This document shows positions 1 to 26,661 of a stretch of 64,000 bases of DNA, in pieces (the stretch's first letter is position 1; every line of letters starts with the position of its first letter). The DNA is from Tubiluchus corallicola (Eukaryota > Animalia > Priapulida), in the NCBI GenBank assembly GCA_030141605.1, contig JAQGDQ010000206.1, positions 124,001-188,000 of the forward strand, read 5' to 3'. The translations under genes and the position numbers were made by a program. The notes beneath the pieces are model-generated. The model was not told where the DNA came from. It made no database searches and was given only the letters and a program-made list of their open reading frames with translations.

Positions 1-372
1 CAGCAATAACAACAGCACAAGAATAACAACAACAGGAACAGCAGCAGCAGCAACGGCAACAACAGCAACAACAAGAACAACAACAACAACACAACAGCAA
101 CAACAATAACAATAACAGCAAGAACAACAGCACACAAATAACAACAACAGGAACAGCAGCAGCAGCAACAACAACAACAACAATAACAGCAGCAGCAGCA
201 ACAACAACAACAACACAACAACGACAATAACAACAGGAACAGCAGCACCACCAACAGCAAAACAACGTAACAGCAACAACCATAACAATAACAGCAAGAA
301 CAACAACAACACAAGAATAATAACAACAACAACAACAACAACACAACAGCAACAACAACAATAATAACAACA
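1..372. repeat. Degenerate (CAA/CAG)n microsatellite
   Basis: Direct reading. Confidence 0.95.
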
Positions 373-834
373 GCTCTGCTATCACCGATTTTCAGAATTA
401 TTGTCTGCACTGCTTACAAAATTTTCAAACAAGCGAAATACCATAGTACAAGAAATTACGTGTCATTCAGGTCTCCTCATATCGACAAAATCTGGTTCGG
501 ATGGGTCAAAAAGTAAAGACGAGAGGTCACAAACGCAATCGTGCACCTGGCATTTAGCAACTTTGAAAAAAGTTTTTGACTGAAGAGAACGCAAAAATAA
601 TAGCACAACAACGAGCAAAACAACAAAACGAACAATGTCCAGTTTAACAGTATTTACAAGTCATGTGCGATATTTGCTACTGCTAACTGTTGCGATCTGT
701 AAGCTAGGGTATTAATTTGTTCTTGACTCATATAAGCTTAGCTGTTCAACTGTTTTTACAAACGGTGTTATGAAGCGTATAATTCGCAGCTTTGTTTATC
801 CAAATTATGTAACAGCTTGAACTGAAACTGCGCG

Positions 835-1120
835 AATTTCCACGTGCGTTCAGGACCACGTGACTGGAAGTGCCCTCTTGACGGCACGTGAAGAAACCGC
901 AAGTCAACAACAACAAAACAGTAGAAAATCTGCTCTAGGGAAGTGCCAGCCACTTTCTTTAATATCATTGCCTGGACCTTTGCAAACAGCTACATCGCAA
1001 CAATTCAGTTCGTACACGGTGTCTCCATCTAGCGGTGGCAGAGCTACGCGAACAAAGCAGTCACGTGCAGAATGATTCATCAGTTCCCATTCACTTAGTT
1101 GGAGTTCAGCTCAGCTGACG
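835..1120 (+). promoter_or_regulatory. Candidate SCD upstream promoter/enhancer: cluster of four CACGTG E-boxes and Inr-like TCAGTT
   Basis: CACGTG at 841, 857, 886 and 1062; TCAGTT at ~1005 and ~1080. SCD needs an upstream non-coding exon, but the assignment is unproven. Confidence 0.3.
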
Positions 1121-2139
1121 TGCTGTTTTAGGTGTCTCATAGAATCGCGTAATCGCTCTGCTTAGTAACGAACAGAACTGTGTCCCTGTACTTTGCACTT
1201 AGCGCTCTTGATCACGCTATTTATTCGCTGTCGTTCTTTTTAACAAACGAAATCACCACGTCGGATTCTCGGACGAGCAAAAAGTGGCCAGGAACTTTCG
1301 GGTGTTTGCGAAAGAGACACAAAGAAATCAAGCCGGTCAGAATTCTTGTTTTTATTGATTTTAGCGCAGAATATGGGTATGTGTCACATTGCTGTATCTG
1401 TATTAACAAAGTAACAAAGAAATTGTCTGGAATTTAGTGCAAATTACGTCAACTGTGTTAGTTATTGCCTAGCTTGAGTCTGTGATATAGTAATAGTGCT
1501 TGCGTGCTTACTATAATGGACGATAGTCATGCAACATGCTTCGTTTAATCCGTTTCGTTTATTTTCAATATTTTACGCTGAACGACCTAGATATTTACAG
1601 AGTAGGAGTGCCTATTAAGCTGGGATGTTTGTTGGCTTTGCTTGTATAATGTAAATGTGTTGATTGCGTTCAAATTTTAGCGCCTTCTTGTAGCGTACTT
1701 TGATATAATTTGCAAATTAAATCATTAGGGGATTCTCTGCGCAAACTTCGTTGAAACTCTTTGTAAATTGGTCGTAAACATGTCGTGTAATTGTTAGAAG
1801 TACAGACCGGTCTTGCATAATTTTTTATCTTATTTTTATGACAATGTAACAGCGTCGTGCCAAACACAATAGCATTGTTTAGAACTTGAGACTTCTAATA
1901 TTGCATTGTTTATTACGTCACTTTCTGTGAGGTGTTTGGACGGTCAAGTTAAGTGCATGTCAGTCGTGCTGACATTGCTATTTTGACAAAGTTGTCTCTG
2001 GCGTATCCTTTTATACTTCAAAGTTCGGGTTTAATGTAAGAACAGTCTCAGTGCCATTTTTATTTGATTATCTAGGTACTTGTTTCCGATGTTATAATCA
2101 GTGTTTGGGGGTAAACATCACAACTGTGTAACTGTGTTC

Positions 2140-2800
2140 TTTGACCTGACTGTGACTTCTCAGTTACAGATACCTTTTAAGGTGATGTAAACCTTTTAAG
2201 TTACTCCGTAAGATGGCTACTGACCTTGACTTTGACCTTTTGGTCGTAGAAAGTTGATGTAAGCTTTCCAAATTGCTCTATAAGATAGCAACTGACCTTG
2301 ACTTTGACCTTTTGGTCGTAGAAAGTTGATGTAAACTATTTAAATTGTTCTCTAGAATTGCGACTGACTTGACTCTGACCTTTTGGCCGTAGAAAGATTG
2401 ATGTAAACTTTTTAAATTACTCCGTAAGATGGCGACTCGCCTTGACTTTGACTTTTTGATCATAGGAAAGCTGGTGTAAACTTTTGAAATTGCTCTATAA
2501 GATGGCGACTGACCTTGAGCTTGACCTTTTTATCACAGCAACTTGATGTAAACATTAAAATTAAAGCTAGTCTGTATGATTATGTCTGACCTTGACCTTT
2601 CACCTGCTTGTAATGAAAGTTTAAATATTGTTCAATTTACAACGAAAGTGAAGGAAAATCATTCTGCCCCCCCCCGTTTGGTTATGTTTCGGTCATTTGT
2701 TTCTGATATGCAATGTTGCGACGATCAGGTGGACGGACAGACAGACAGACAAGACTGGTGGCTGTCGTCATCCCACTCATACAACCGCTAACACTTTTAT
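2140..2800. repeat. ~72-bp tandem array (TGACCTTGACTTTGACC core) followed by a GACA microsatellite; Helitron/HINE-like architecture
   Basis: gatgtaaac recurs at ~2185, 2256, 2328, 2400, 2473 and 2545; ggacggacagacagacagac at ~2731. Confidence 0.7.
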
Positions 2801-3734
2801 GTGTGCTTAGCAACAGACGGTAACTGTTGCTAGGCAGGCTAAGGCAGCAGACAGTGATAGTTTAGCGTGTGTGCTCGGGGTAAGCCAACCCTGGCCCATG
2901 CCAGCTGTTAACCCCCTCCAAACACGATTGGTCATTTATTGAGACTGCCAGAAAAGTGCCCACTTCTTATAAATTTTCTTAAAATTCCGGAGCCAACGAA
3001 ACAGAAACCTGAATCAGTAAGAGAGGGGGGGATCAATAGCTGACCTATGGATCACTGGTAAGTGTCAAGCGACCATTTTATGATACGAAAATAAGAGACA
3101 AAAACTAACGTGTATGGCAACTCTGCTGTGGCTAGCGATGTTGTTTTGGATGTGTTAAGAATTCGCTCCTGTCAATATAGACTAATTAATGCAAATGAAT
3201 ATTTTTGATCTGCTGGAACAATAATTGCGATTTGGTTTACCTGAGTATGATGTTCATCAATTGGAAAGTCACTAGGCTTAAATGTTGCTATATTTTAATT
3301 ATTGTCTTGGATTGGTCACGTGATCAGTGTTTCTGTAATATATAGCCGCGTATTCCATGTGATTATCTTCGCTTGAGTTAAGTAGCAAATTACTTGCCTA
3401 ATTACTAAAGTGTCATTAGCGTACGCAAAATGTTTGTGTGATCATGCACGAATGCTATAATCTTAGGTCTTTTAGTTTGGTTTATGTAGCTTTTTGGGAC
3501 TATGACACGGAGTTTTCATAAAAAGTGGATCATAGAGCTCTAGATCATAGATCAGAGAAATTCTTTCCTGATTTTTTTGGCAGTTCATTACTAGGATAGA
3601 ATCTTTACCCCATGAGTACTGTGTATTATAATTTGTTTTGCAAAACATGGCTGTAATGTATTTGCAATTGTTTGTATTTACCCGCATGGACGACTGATCA
3701 CGTCTTACGGTGTCTTCAAACTAGTTTTCTCGCC

Positions 3735-4688
3735 AGGTAACTCGCCAAGTAACTCGTAAGCGTGTTCAGACTACAGAGCAAAACGTGCTAAGAGTTACTC
3801 TCCGACAGTAAGCGCGAGCTGACACTCACTTCTCTATTCACCGCAAGAAGTGTCGAGAGTAGCTCGCCAAGGCGTTCACACTGGACAGTAACTCGCAAGT
3901 GTGTTCAGACTACAGAGCAAAACGTGCTGTGAATTACTCTCCGACAGTAAGCGCGAGCTGACACTTACTTCTCTATTGACGCGACAAGTGTTGAGAGTAA
4001 CTCGCCAAGGCGTTCACACTGGAGAGTAACTCGCAAGCGTGTTCAGACTACAGACCAAAACATGCTGTGAATTACTCTCCGACACTAAGCGCGAGCTGAC
4101 ACTCACTTCTCTATTCACTGTGAGAAATGTCGAGAGTAACTCGCCAAGGCGTTCACACCGGACAGTAACTCACAAGTGTGTTCAGACTACAGAGCAAAAC
4201 GTGCTGTGAGTTACTCTCTGACAGTAAGCGCGAGCTGACACTCACTTCTCTATTGATGCGACAAGTGTTGAGAGTAACTCGCCAAGGCGTTCACACTGGA
4301 GAGTAACTCGCAAGTGTGTTCAGACTACAGAGCAAAACGTGCTGTGAATTACTCTCCGACAGTAAGCGCGAGCTGACACTCACTTCTCTATTCACCGTGA
4401 GAAATGTCGAGAGTAACTTGCCAAGGCGTTCACACCGGACAGTAACTCGCAAGTGTGTTCAGACTACAGAGCAAAACGTGCTGTGAGTTACTCTCTGACA
4501 GTAAGCGTGAGCTGACACTCACTTCTCTATTGACACGACAAGTGTTGAGAGTAACTCGCCAAGGCGTTCACACTGGAGAGTAACTCGCAAGCGTGTTCAG
4601 ACTACAGAGCAAAACGTGCTGTGAGTTACTCTCTGACAGTAAGCGCGAGCTGACTCTCCTCTATTGACGCGACAAGTGTTGAGAGTAA
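3735..4688. repeat. Minisatellite, ~7 units alternating 139/138 bp (dimeric higher-order repeat)
   Basis: gtgttcagactacag starts at 3762, 3901, 4039, 4178, 4316, 4455 and 4593. Confidence 0.95.
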
Positions 4689-4819
4689 ACTGTAAAATAA
4701 ACCCAACATGCTAAGTGACTTGTACTTTCCTTTAACATACCACAAACAGTTTAAATGATAACTGTAAAAAAAACCAACATGCTAAGTGAGTTGTCCTTTC
4801 CTTTAAAATCCTGTTTATA

Positions 4820-5460
4820 TCAGCTATGAGTTTGGGGAGTCCAATTAGCAAATTGGTTTTACAGTCTTCTGAAAATTCTGCGTTTGATTATAGTTTATGG
4901 GTATTTATCAGAAGATTGAAGAAAATTATAATGAAAAAATTTGATTACAGTTTGATTATTGCGCATAAAATTTGATGGGAAATCGTTAGATTGAAACACT
5001 TTAAAGCAGAGTTGCAAGTTTGGCCTATTGCAGCTCTGGGGACGGCTCAAATGGTATGGCGCGATTAGAAATATTGGACGTAGCGTTCGTCAGCATAAAG
5101 AGGATAATTTGAAATTTAGAACAAAAGAAAATGGCAGTAGAGACAGGACGACCACGTTTACTAAGAGAAAATCGTCTGTGTGAAATATGTAACACAGTCG
5201 AGGATGGACATCATTTTTTGTTTTACTGTGAGAAATACAATGCTGCACGTTTTTGTCAAATACTGTATTCCATTGTATTCCTGAGTTTTTAATTTAACTG
5301 ATAATGATGCATTGAAATTTTTTGCACAATCACAGCATATTACAGTCAGCTTTTGCTTTGACGAAATTTATTAGCACAAGTATGTCAATGAATGTGATAT
5401 CATTGTGTATCTGTGCTTCTACCTTTGATCAGCCCTGTTGGCCATACATCAAAAAATGAA
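4820..5460 (+). mobile_element. Degraded LINE (L2/CR1-group) ORF2 3' fragment
   Basis: 5134-5250 translates AVETGRPRLLRENRLCEICNTVEDGHHFLFYCEKYNAAR, the typical ETGR..R.C..C..ED..HF...C..Y...R terminal motif. Boundaries approximate. Confidence 0.75.
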
Positions 5461-7057
5461 TATCGAAACTCTTATCATTATCAATGATATCATGTCTGTT
5501 AGTTTAGTAATGCAGAAAACGAGCCCGGGTATAGAGATATGGACTTGGGCAATGTGAAGATGAAATGCACTTAGTTACGAAATGTCCACGTTGTCAGGAC
5601 GATAGATTGAAACTTGACTAATTAAAACGAAAAGTTGTTCCCTGCATTTTCTGCCATATCAAATGACTAATAAATTCGTATGTATAAAGACTAGTCAAGA
5701 TATCGAATTATGTAAGATTGTTGTAGCTTTTCTAGAATCAACCTTTCATATTAGGAATCAGTTATTGTCCATATAAAATCTAGATACAGTTTTTTAAAGA
5801 ATTATTAATAATACGTTATGCAACATTGTCGTGATAATTATTATTTTTAATACTTGTGTGAATTAATTGTGATTTGTTTTGTACGCTCGGGCCACAATGT
5901 ATTTGTTTGTATGGGGATTTTGTCTTTAGTAAATGTTTCTTTAAAGAAAAACCGGTTGATTGTGTAAACACGAGTTCAGAATAAACAAAGCTCTAAAATA
6001 TTGAAAACTACAATAGCTTTTTTAATCAAAGCTTAGATTATATAGCAATTACCTCGGACACTCAAATTTTGTTAAACTTTCAAAGTTACGTGCAGCTCAA
6101 TGAATCTGCTAAAATTGGCAGCGGCGCCTCTTTGTCACCTGCGCGTAGCTGACAAACAGAAGGCGGTACCGTGATAACCATGATCATGAACTGCAGTGTT
6201 AGTTTCTGACGTCACATGACGTAGAGCCCATTTTCGTGACATCACGCGTTTAAGCAGTAACACTTACACAAGCGTGCTTAACGCGCAAGGGAAGATGCCT
6301 GCCATTGCACAATCGGTGGTTAGTTTCTGGCGCAAGCAATAGCTGTGTTCGGTTGCCGTTAATTAACTTTCTGTGCTAATTATTCAAATATAGGAAATAA
6401 TGGCTAACTGTTACAGGCAAGAAAATATGTATTTTGGACAGTAAACTAAAACGATATTGAGTCTGAATAATCGTTCGGTTTTCCTTTAATTTGTCCTTTA
6501 ATTTTGTTTATTTGTTTCAAATGCAATAGATGTAACGATGGTTCAATAAACAAACATACATATGTGTGTCCTCAACCACCCTTACTCCGAATGTCCTTTG
6601 CCAAACTCTGCAAAGTAACCAACACGGTAAATCGTCTGGCTTTGCTACTGTACATTCTCTGCCACGTTTGCAAGTGTTGCTTCTAGTTCACGTCAATCTG
6701 TTGCTGTTGGGAAAATCTGAAATGAACTGTACGAAATCGCTTCTTCAAATCAATTCATTCCGCATCATCAGTGAGAATTTTATTGCAACATAATCAAGCA
6801 AAATTGCAGCCATTTCGTCATCTTTGTTGCTGATGCTGAAGAAGCGTTGGTGAAGTCAGACATACAGGGTGGCTTTGATTACAGTTCATCTTCTAACAAA
6901 ATTTATTTGACATTAATACACCTAGACCTACGTACACACGTATGTGTTGCACTATATTTTAAAATTGAAATTGTTGTTTTGTATTGTTTGTATTTTTGGC
7001 ACTAATAAATAACAAATATGAAATATGGATTATGTGAGGAATAATTTTTCAAAAGAG

Positions 7058-7350
7058 TACATGTCGCTACATATTGAAGCATATTGCTACACATTACTAC
7101 ATATTGCTACATATTGCCACATATCGCTACATATTGCTACATATCGCTACATATTGCTACCTATCGCTACATATTGCTACATATCGCTATATATTGCTAC
7201 ATATCACTACATATTGCTACATATCGCTACACATTGCTACATATCGCTACATATTGCTACCTATCGCTACATATTGCTACATATCGCTATATATTGCTAC
7301 ATATCACTACATATTGCTACATATCGCTGCACATTGCTACATATTACTAC
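7058..7350. repeat. 10/20-bp tandem repeat (atattgctac atatcgctac)n
   Basis: Direct reading; explains the HIATY ORFs. Confidence 0.95.
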
Positions 7351-9473
7351 GCGTACAGGGTGGCTAAAATTCTGTTACATTTCACAATCAAGAAAAATTG
7401 GTTTAAAAGCACAATATGCAGTAGGTGTGTTCTGAAAAACAACAACGCATGTTTCATGCTGATAGATAATTTTTTAAAAGGGTATTACATCCATATTGTG
7501 TAGAACCTTAATACAGCAAAATTTGCCATCTATTTCCTATAATATTCAGATATATGTCGAGAAACTAGTGCCCGGATTTACGTTCATCGAAGTAAATTCG
7601 GATATTAATGTCTCAGTTACAAATATCCCATGCCCTGTCTGATCGGTAAATGTATAATAAACGTTCAGACTCGTTAAGTAACTTACAAGCGTATTCAGAG
7701 TGAAGAGAAAAACTTGCTGCGAGTTACTCTCCTATAGTTAGCATAGAACCTGGAATTCTTTCCTGAATTTTTTTGCCAGTTTATTATCAGGATAGAATCT
7801 TCACCCTATGCGCATTGCGCATTGCAATCTGCATTACAAAACATGGCTATAATAGCAAATATTTGTATTTGCAATTGTTTTTATTTGTATTTACCCGCAT
7901 GGGCGATGTCTTACGGTGCCTGAAGAGTAGCGAGTTTTCTCACTACGGGCCAGGTAACACGCCAAGTAACTCGTGAGCGTGTTCAGACTAGACAGCAAAA
8001 TTTCCTGTGAGTTACTCTCCGACACTAAGATGTGCTGACACTCAGTTCTCTGTTCAGTATGAGAAGTGTCGAGAGTAACTCGCCGTGGCGTTCGCACTAG
8101 ATAGTTAATCACCTCGCAACTACTGTCGGAGAGTTTGCAAAACTTGCTGACAGTAACTCACGAAGCAGTTCACACTTGCGAGTTTGCAGTCAGAGAAAAA
8201 AATCGCTAGTCTGAACGCGCCGTAAAGTAGTTATCTTGTCAGACCGTGTTTTAGGACGATTTGTGTAAAATGAGTTAAGATATAAATTTTCAAACGCAAA
8301 AATGTTCATTTAGTTTTTTATATCCGCCCTGTAACCCTTTATATCTCAGTGTAGCAAAGCTAGGAAGACGCTTGCGCTGTACTCTGTATCACCGTAAAAC
8401 CACATTAGATAGACAAGAAAACGAAACGGCCATTTTATAACTGCCCGACTGCGTTATTAACCGCAAAATTGAGTTACGACTTTACTCGATTCAAGTAAAG
8501 CTGCACGACTAATCCGTTACTTGTGTAAGAGTATTTCTGTTTAAGCCTTTACTACTAGCGGAACGCGTGCGAAAGCGCCATTTTGATCTGTGTTTCGTCT
8601 AAAAAACTAGTTTTTTTTTGGTTGTAAGTTTTAGGAATTCATGAGTGAAACCTGAATTTTGACGGTTGAATTGTTTAAAAAAATATTTTAAAAATTAACA
8701 ATTTTCACCCAATTCTTATTTGCCGTAGGCGTAGGGTTATATCACCAAACAAGATTAAACAAAGTTACACGAAGATTTTTTCTTCCATTTGCTATTCAGT
8801 GCGTGTAGCAGAGATGCTCGATCTGTTGATATAACGCGGACCCTCTGGTCCACATTTTTTCGGATGCGGATGCGGAACCACACAGCTTTCCGAGTCGCGG
8901 ATTCGGCCTATTTTTTAACTATTGAGTGGCAGATTCGGCCTGAAAGCTGGAATGTTAAGTTTTCTGAAAGCTTATTCGAGTTTTTTTCCATGCGTAAATC
9001 AAAAACATGCATAAGCAGTTATTGAATAGGCGGCTTTATGCGTAAAATAACTCTCACAGTTCTCAATCAAGCTCTATCAACGTCTCCGCTTCAGAAACAA
9101 TTATTAGTTTTTTTTTGGGACGGATCCGCGGTGCGGATCAACTTAATTATGGTATACAATACGCGGATTTTACGCAGTCGTAGAACTACCCCTAGTGAAC
9201 CTAAAGCAAGTGGATCTGCGATTCTCGTACGTGTAACCCATTTACACGTCGCACTTTTCTTTTGACACTAATTAAACAAAAAAACAACTTTGAAGGCTCC
9301 TCAACTGCTCGTAATAGTATACCTTAGCTGAAAGCACGTCCAAAGTCTGAAATTTGTAAGTGTTTGTTGTGCGTGGATACCGGGGTCTTCTACACGTTTT
9401 CGTGCTATTTACAAAAATTGGAATAAAATTAAGTAGAACGGAAGGAGTTTACCAATTCCCTGCACTATTTAAT

Positions 9474-10025
9474 TACCCTAACCCTAAAGTATTTAAGTAC
9501 GCGAACCCCATCCCCAAGCCTAACTGTAAACAAATTAATTACCCTAACCCAACTTTAACCCTAGCCTTAATACTTAGCCTAACCCTAACCCTAATACTAA
9601 CCCTAAACCTAATACTAACCCTAACCCTAATCCTAGCCCTAACCCCAATGTTAACCCTAACCCTAACTTTAGTTACATTACCCAACCCTGACTTTAACCC
9701 TAGCACAACACAACACAACCTAACCCAAACCCTAACCTTAGTAAGCTCCACTAACTATTTTCTTGTGTGTGGGAAGTTGTAGACTTTAGCCACTAGGCCT
9801 AATGAAAAACCCTAACCTTAACCCTAATACTAACCCTAATCCTAGCCCTAACCCCAATCTTAAGCCTAACCCCAACTTTAGTTACATTACCCACACTATT
9901 TACCAACCCTGACTTTAACCCTACACAGCACTACATGCAACCTAACCCAAACCCTAACTTTAGTAAGCTCCACTAACTAAAATCTTGTGTGTTGGGAGTT
10001 GTAAACTTTAGTCACTAGGCCTAAT
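9474..10025. repeat. Degenerate interstitial (CCCTAA)n telomere-like tract, internally duplicated
   Basis: Many ccctaa/cctaac units; ~9590-9805 repeated at ~9810-10025. Confidence 0.85.
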
Positions 10026-10237
10026 CATGAAAAATGAGACGCCAAAAGCGAATATTTCAAAACAAAATTTAGGCGTTGCGATCAGCATAATTGTTCTATC
10101 AGCATAATTTGTTCCCAGCCGATGATGAAATGTCCACACAAACTTCATTGTACACAATTTTTCTACCATTAATTCAGTCCTTTCTCAAATTCTGATGAGT
10201 TTTTCTTTTTCTTTTACAGAAATTCATTAACACAAAA

Positions 10238-23726
<13,489 letters not shown>

Positions 23727-24005
23727 ACCGAAACATTTGCCAAATATTTGTCGTATTGTTGTAATTCTTAATGTGGAGTATTTGTCCACGTCAGTCATAG
23801 ATTTATCTATGATGTGATGTGAACCATAGCTTTATCTATGGTACGAACAAAGCTGTCATAATATGTTGTGACATGATTATTAATCTTGTATTTAAGTTTA
23901 ATGGTAATATTAAGTTAATGGTATTTAAAAAGTTTTTGCTGTGAAATGTTTTACGTTTGCTTCTGCTTGTTATACGTTGTAATATTGTTACCACGATGGG
24001 CTTTT

Positions 24006-24011
24006 AATAAA
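24006..24011 (+). terminator. Probable SCD polyadenylation signal AATAAA
   Basis: AATAAA ~280 nt after the SCD stop, followed by a GT/T-rich tract. Confidence 0.55.
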
Positions 24012-24133
24012 TTATGTAATTTTAAGTTAGAAAGCTGTGCTGTTTATTATCTTTGTCAACTTGCATAGGAGTACAGTATCCTAAAGTGGAGTACAGTATC
24101 CTAAAGTGGCTTCTTTGGATGGCTAGTAGTTAG

Positions 24134-24554
24134 TAGGGGTGAGCATTCACTACCAGAAAGCGAATTCGAATCGAACCGAATTTGTGACTTTCGAATTCGA
24201 ATCGAACCGAACTTCAGTGTTTCGAATTCGAACCGAATTCGAATTGAGATTGAATGATTTTCGAACAAGTTTTCGAACCACCAGTAAAAATTAGTCGTAC
24301 AAAGATCATGCATATCACTCGATTTTGCTCTGCAATAAAACGACTAGTAATTTGTTTAAAATTGTGCGCAGAAATCACAGCTAAATTATGCTAATTGCAC
24401 GATGTTTCAATCGTTTTAATGAACAGGAACATATGTGATTGAAGTGCTGAATTATTCGAATCTATAGTTTTGGATTCGAATCGAGTTCGAACTAAAAAAA
24501 CTCGTTCGAATTCGATTCGAATGTTCGAACTCGAACGTTCGATGCTCACCCTTA
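24134..24554. mobile_element. hAT-type MITE
   Basis: TIRs TAGGGGTGAGCAT / ATGCTCACCCTTA, 8-bp TSD gtagttag on both sides, dense TTCGAA subterminal repeats. Related partial copies at ~33610-33942 and ~53000-53262. Confidence 0.9.
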
Positions 24555-24990
24555 GTAGTTAGTGGACGGATGTTATCAGCAATTTTTGCAACTTTGTGAC
24601 TTTTTGAGTTTTTTATAGTCAACTTTAATATGATCCAAGTTTAATCCAAGTTTTAAAATTCTATTGTAAGCATAAAGAACACAGCTTCAACAGCAAATGT
24701 ATATATGATTATCATCTATGTTTGAATAGCCACGATTTCTGCTTGCTGATTGAAGCCACAATCGAAGTTAGTCATTGCTAAATCTGGTGAGAAAATGGAC
24801 GTGTGACGAACTGAAAAGTGTTTCTAGTCAGTAAATTACCCCCCGCCTATTTACTTTATTGAGAAGTGCATGAAAGCGTCTCATAGTTTTGACATCTCAT
24901 TTCCCTGTTCAATTCTCATATTAGGAGGTTATCCTTATAATGTTGTAAGTTCCAAAACTGACATAACCATTTAAATTACGCAGACGTGTC

Positions 24991-25315
24991 ATTGTTGTTG
25001 TTGATGTTGTTGCTGTTGTTGTTGTTGTTGTTGTTGTTGTTGCTGCTGCTGCTGTTGTTGTTGTTGTTGTAGTGTTGTTGTTGCTGTTGCTGCTGCTGTT
25101 GTTGTTGTTGTTGTAGCATTGTTATTGTTGCTGTTGCTGCTGTTGTTGTTGTTGTGTTGCTGCTGTTGCTATTGTTGTTGTTATTACTGTTGATGTTGCT
25201 GTTGCTGTTGTTATTGTTGCTGCTGCTGCTGCTGTTGTTATTGTTGTTGTTGCTGCTGTTGCTGTTGCTATTGTTGTTGTTGTTATTACTGTTGATGTTG
25301 TTGTCGTTGTTGTTA
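24991..25315. repeat. (TTG/CTG)n microsatellite
   Basis: Direct reading. Confidence 0.95.
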
Positions 25316-25936
25316 TATTACGTTATCTCATCTGTGAAAGTTCTGTAGGTCTACAGTAACAATACGTTAGAGGTTTTAAAAGTCCTAAAAGAATCTTTAG
25401 ATTCTGCATCGCTCTCAACAATTAAGCATGCAGCCGTGAAATAATCTTGCTTATTTCTACAAGATTAAAAGCACTTTTCAGCTACAAAAACTTATAAACC
25501 ATAATGCCACCTGCCGTTGCCAGTAGCAACGAGATGCGGAGGCTGAGAATGTAGTGAATTTGCATTCTGCACATTGAAATCTTAGAAAATTACAGCCATA
25601 TAAACTTACATTACAGAATACGGTTAGCTAAAAGAGCTAAAAGACATTTCACGGGCAAAATGGTGGATTTGTAACCTCTATTTGCACTTTATAAACACAT
25701 TAGTACACTGATCATGTTACTGGGCAGAATTAAGGAGGAAGAAATTTAAATAATGTAGCTCACACATCAACTTTTTAGATGGATCACGTCATATGTGGTT
25801 CACACGTGTTCACAAGTAAGCACATGGCACTACGCTTCTTGCACAGTTCCACGTCGTAATACAAGCCTGCACACGCATTCGTACGGCTACACACGCCTTC
25901 GCACGGCTGCACACGCCTCGAAGAAGGTGTAGTGTA

Positions 25937-26023
25937 GAAAAGAATAATGAAAAGCCTAAAGTTGAGATTGTTTGAAAAAATGTTATACTCGTGGGTCTTT
26001 TACACATTGTTGCTGCCATGTAT
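25937..26023 (+). pseudogene. SCD: Decayed fragment of a second SCD coding exon 1 (EKNNEKPKVEIV*KNVILVGLLHIVAAMY)
   Basis: Colinear with the functional exon (AKDDEKPKTEIVWKNVILMALLHI). The conserved Trp codon TGG is now TGA at 25973-25975. No downstream SCD exons were found. Confidence 0.85.
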
Positions 26024-26183
26024 TTAGAATCAAATCGTATAATACAGTATATAATACTTCAGATCACGTTTCAAATACTTCTTGCTCTTTGCAATATGCA
26101 ATATTCTTGGTTGATTAGAATGTCATGTCACCATAATACTATAATCAATACTGTAAATAACTGTGAAAAAACAAATAAAAATA

Positions 26184-26661
26184 CAGTGGCCGCCGCTTAT
26201 TGCGGACACGTCGGGCCAGCAGTGTATGTCCATATTAAGCGGCTGTCCATATTAAGCGAAGTGACCCATGAAGACCCTTCCCCTTCATTAAAAAAGGCAA
26301 AAAACTGTCTGTATCAACTCGTCTCCTGTTTTATTGAAAAAAAGAAGTCAGACGAGTTTGTTTGGCAGGAAACTTTTCTCTCAACCTTGAACGGAAGGAA
26401 GTTATCACAGTTTCGAAGCTCTCAAGGCCACGGCAAACGGCGAACTGACTGATGCAATGACTCACACAGGCAGCAGAGCGGGAAGCTCTTTTCAATCACG
26501 CACGGCTGGTTCACGTGCCAAGAATGTTCGCTGTCCATATTAAGCGGCGGTTGTCCATATTAACCGGCGGATTTTATTAGGGGAAAATTCCGTCCCTCGC
26601 GAGTTGTCCACAATAACCGGCTGTCCACAATAACCGTGTCCATAATAAGCGGCGGCCACTG
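26184..26661. mobile_element. pogo/Tigger-type MITE
   Basis: TA|CAGTGGCCGCCGCTTATT...AATAAGCGGCGGCCACTG|TA. Confidence 0.9.

Noticed and set aside
9474-10025. True telomere or chromosome end
   Set aside because: Degenerate, short and internal, with genes on both sides of the wider region; an interstitial repeat.
25991-26452. 153-aa ORF as an intact desaturase-related protein
   Set aside because: Only the first ~10 codons are SCD-derived; the rest runs through AT-rich DNA and a pogo MITE.
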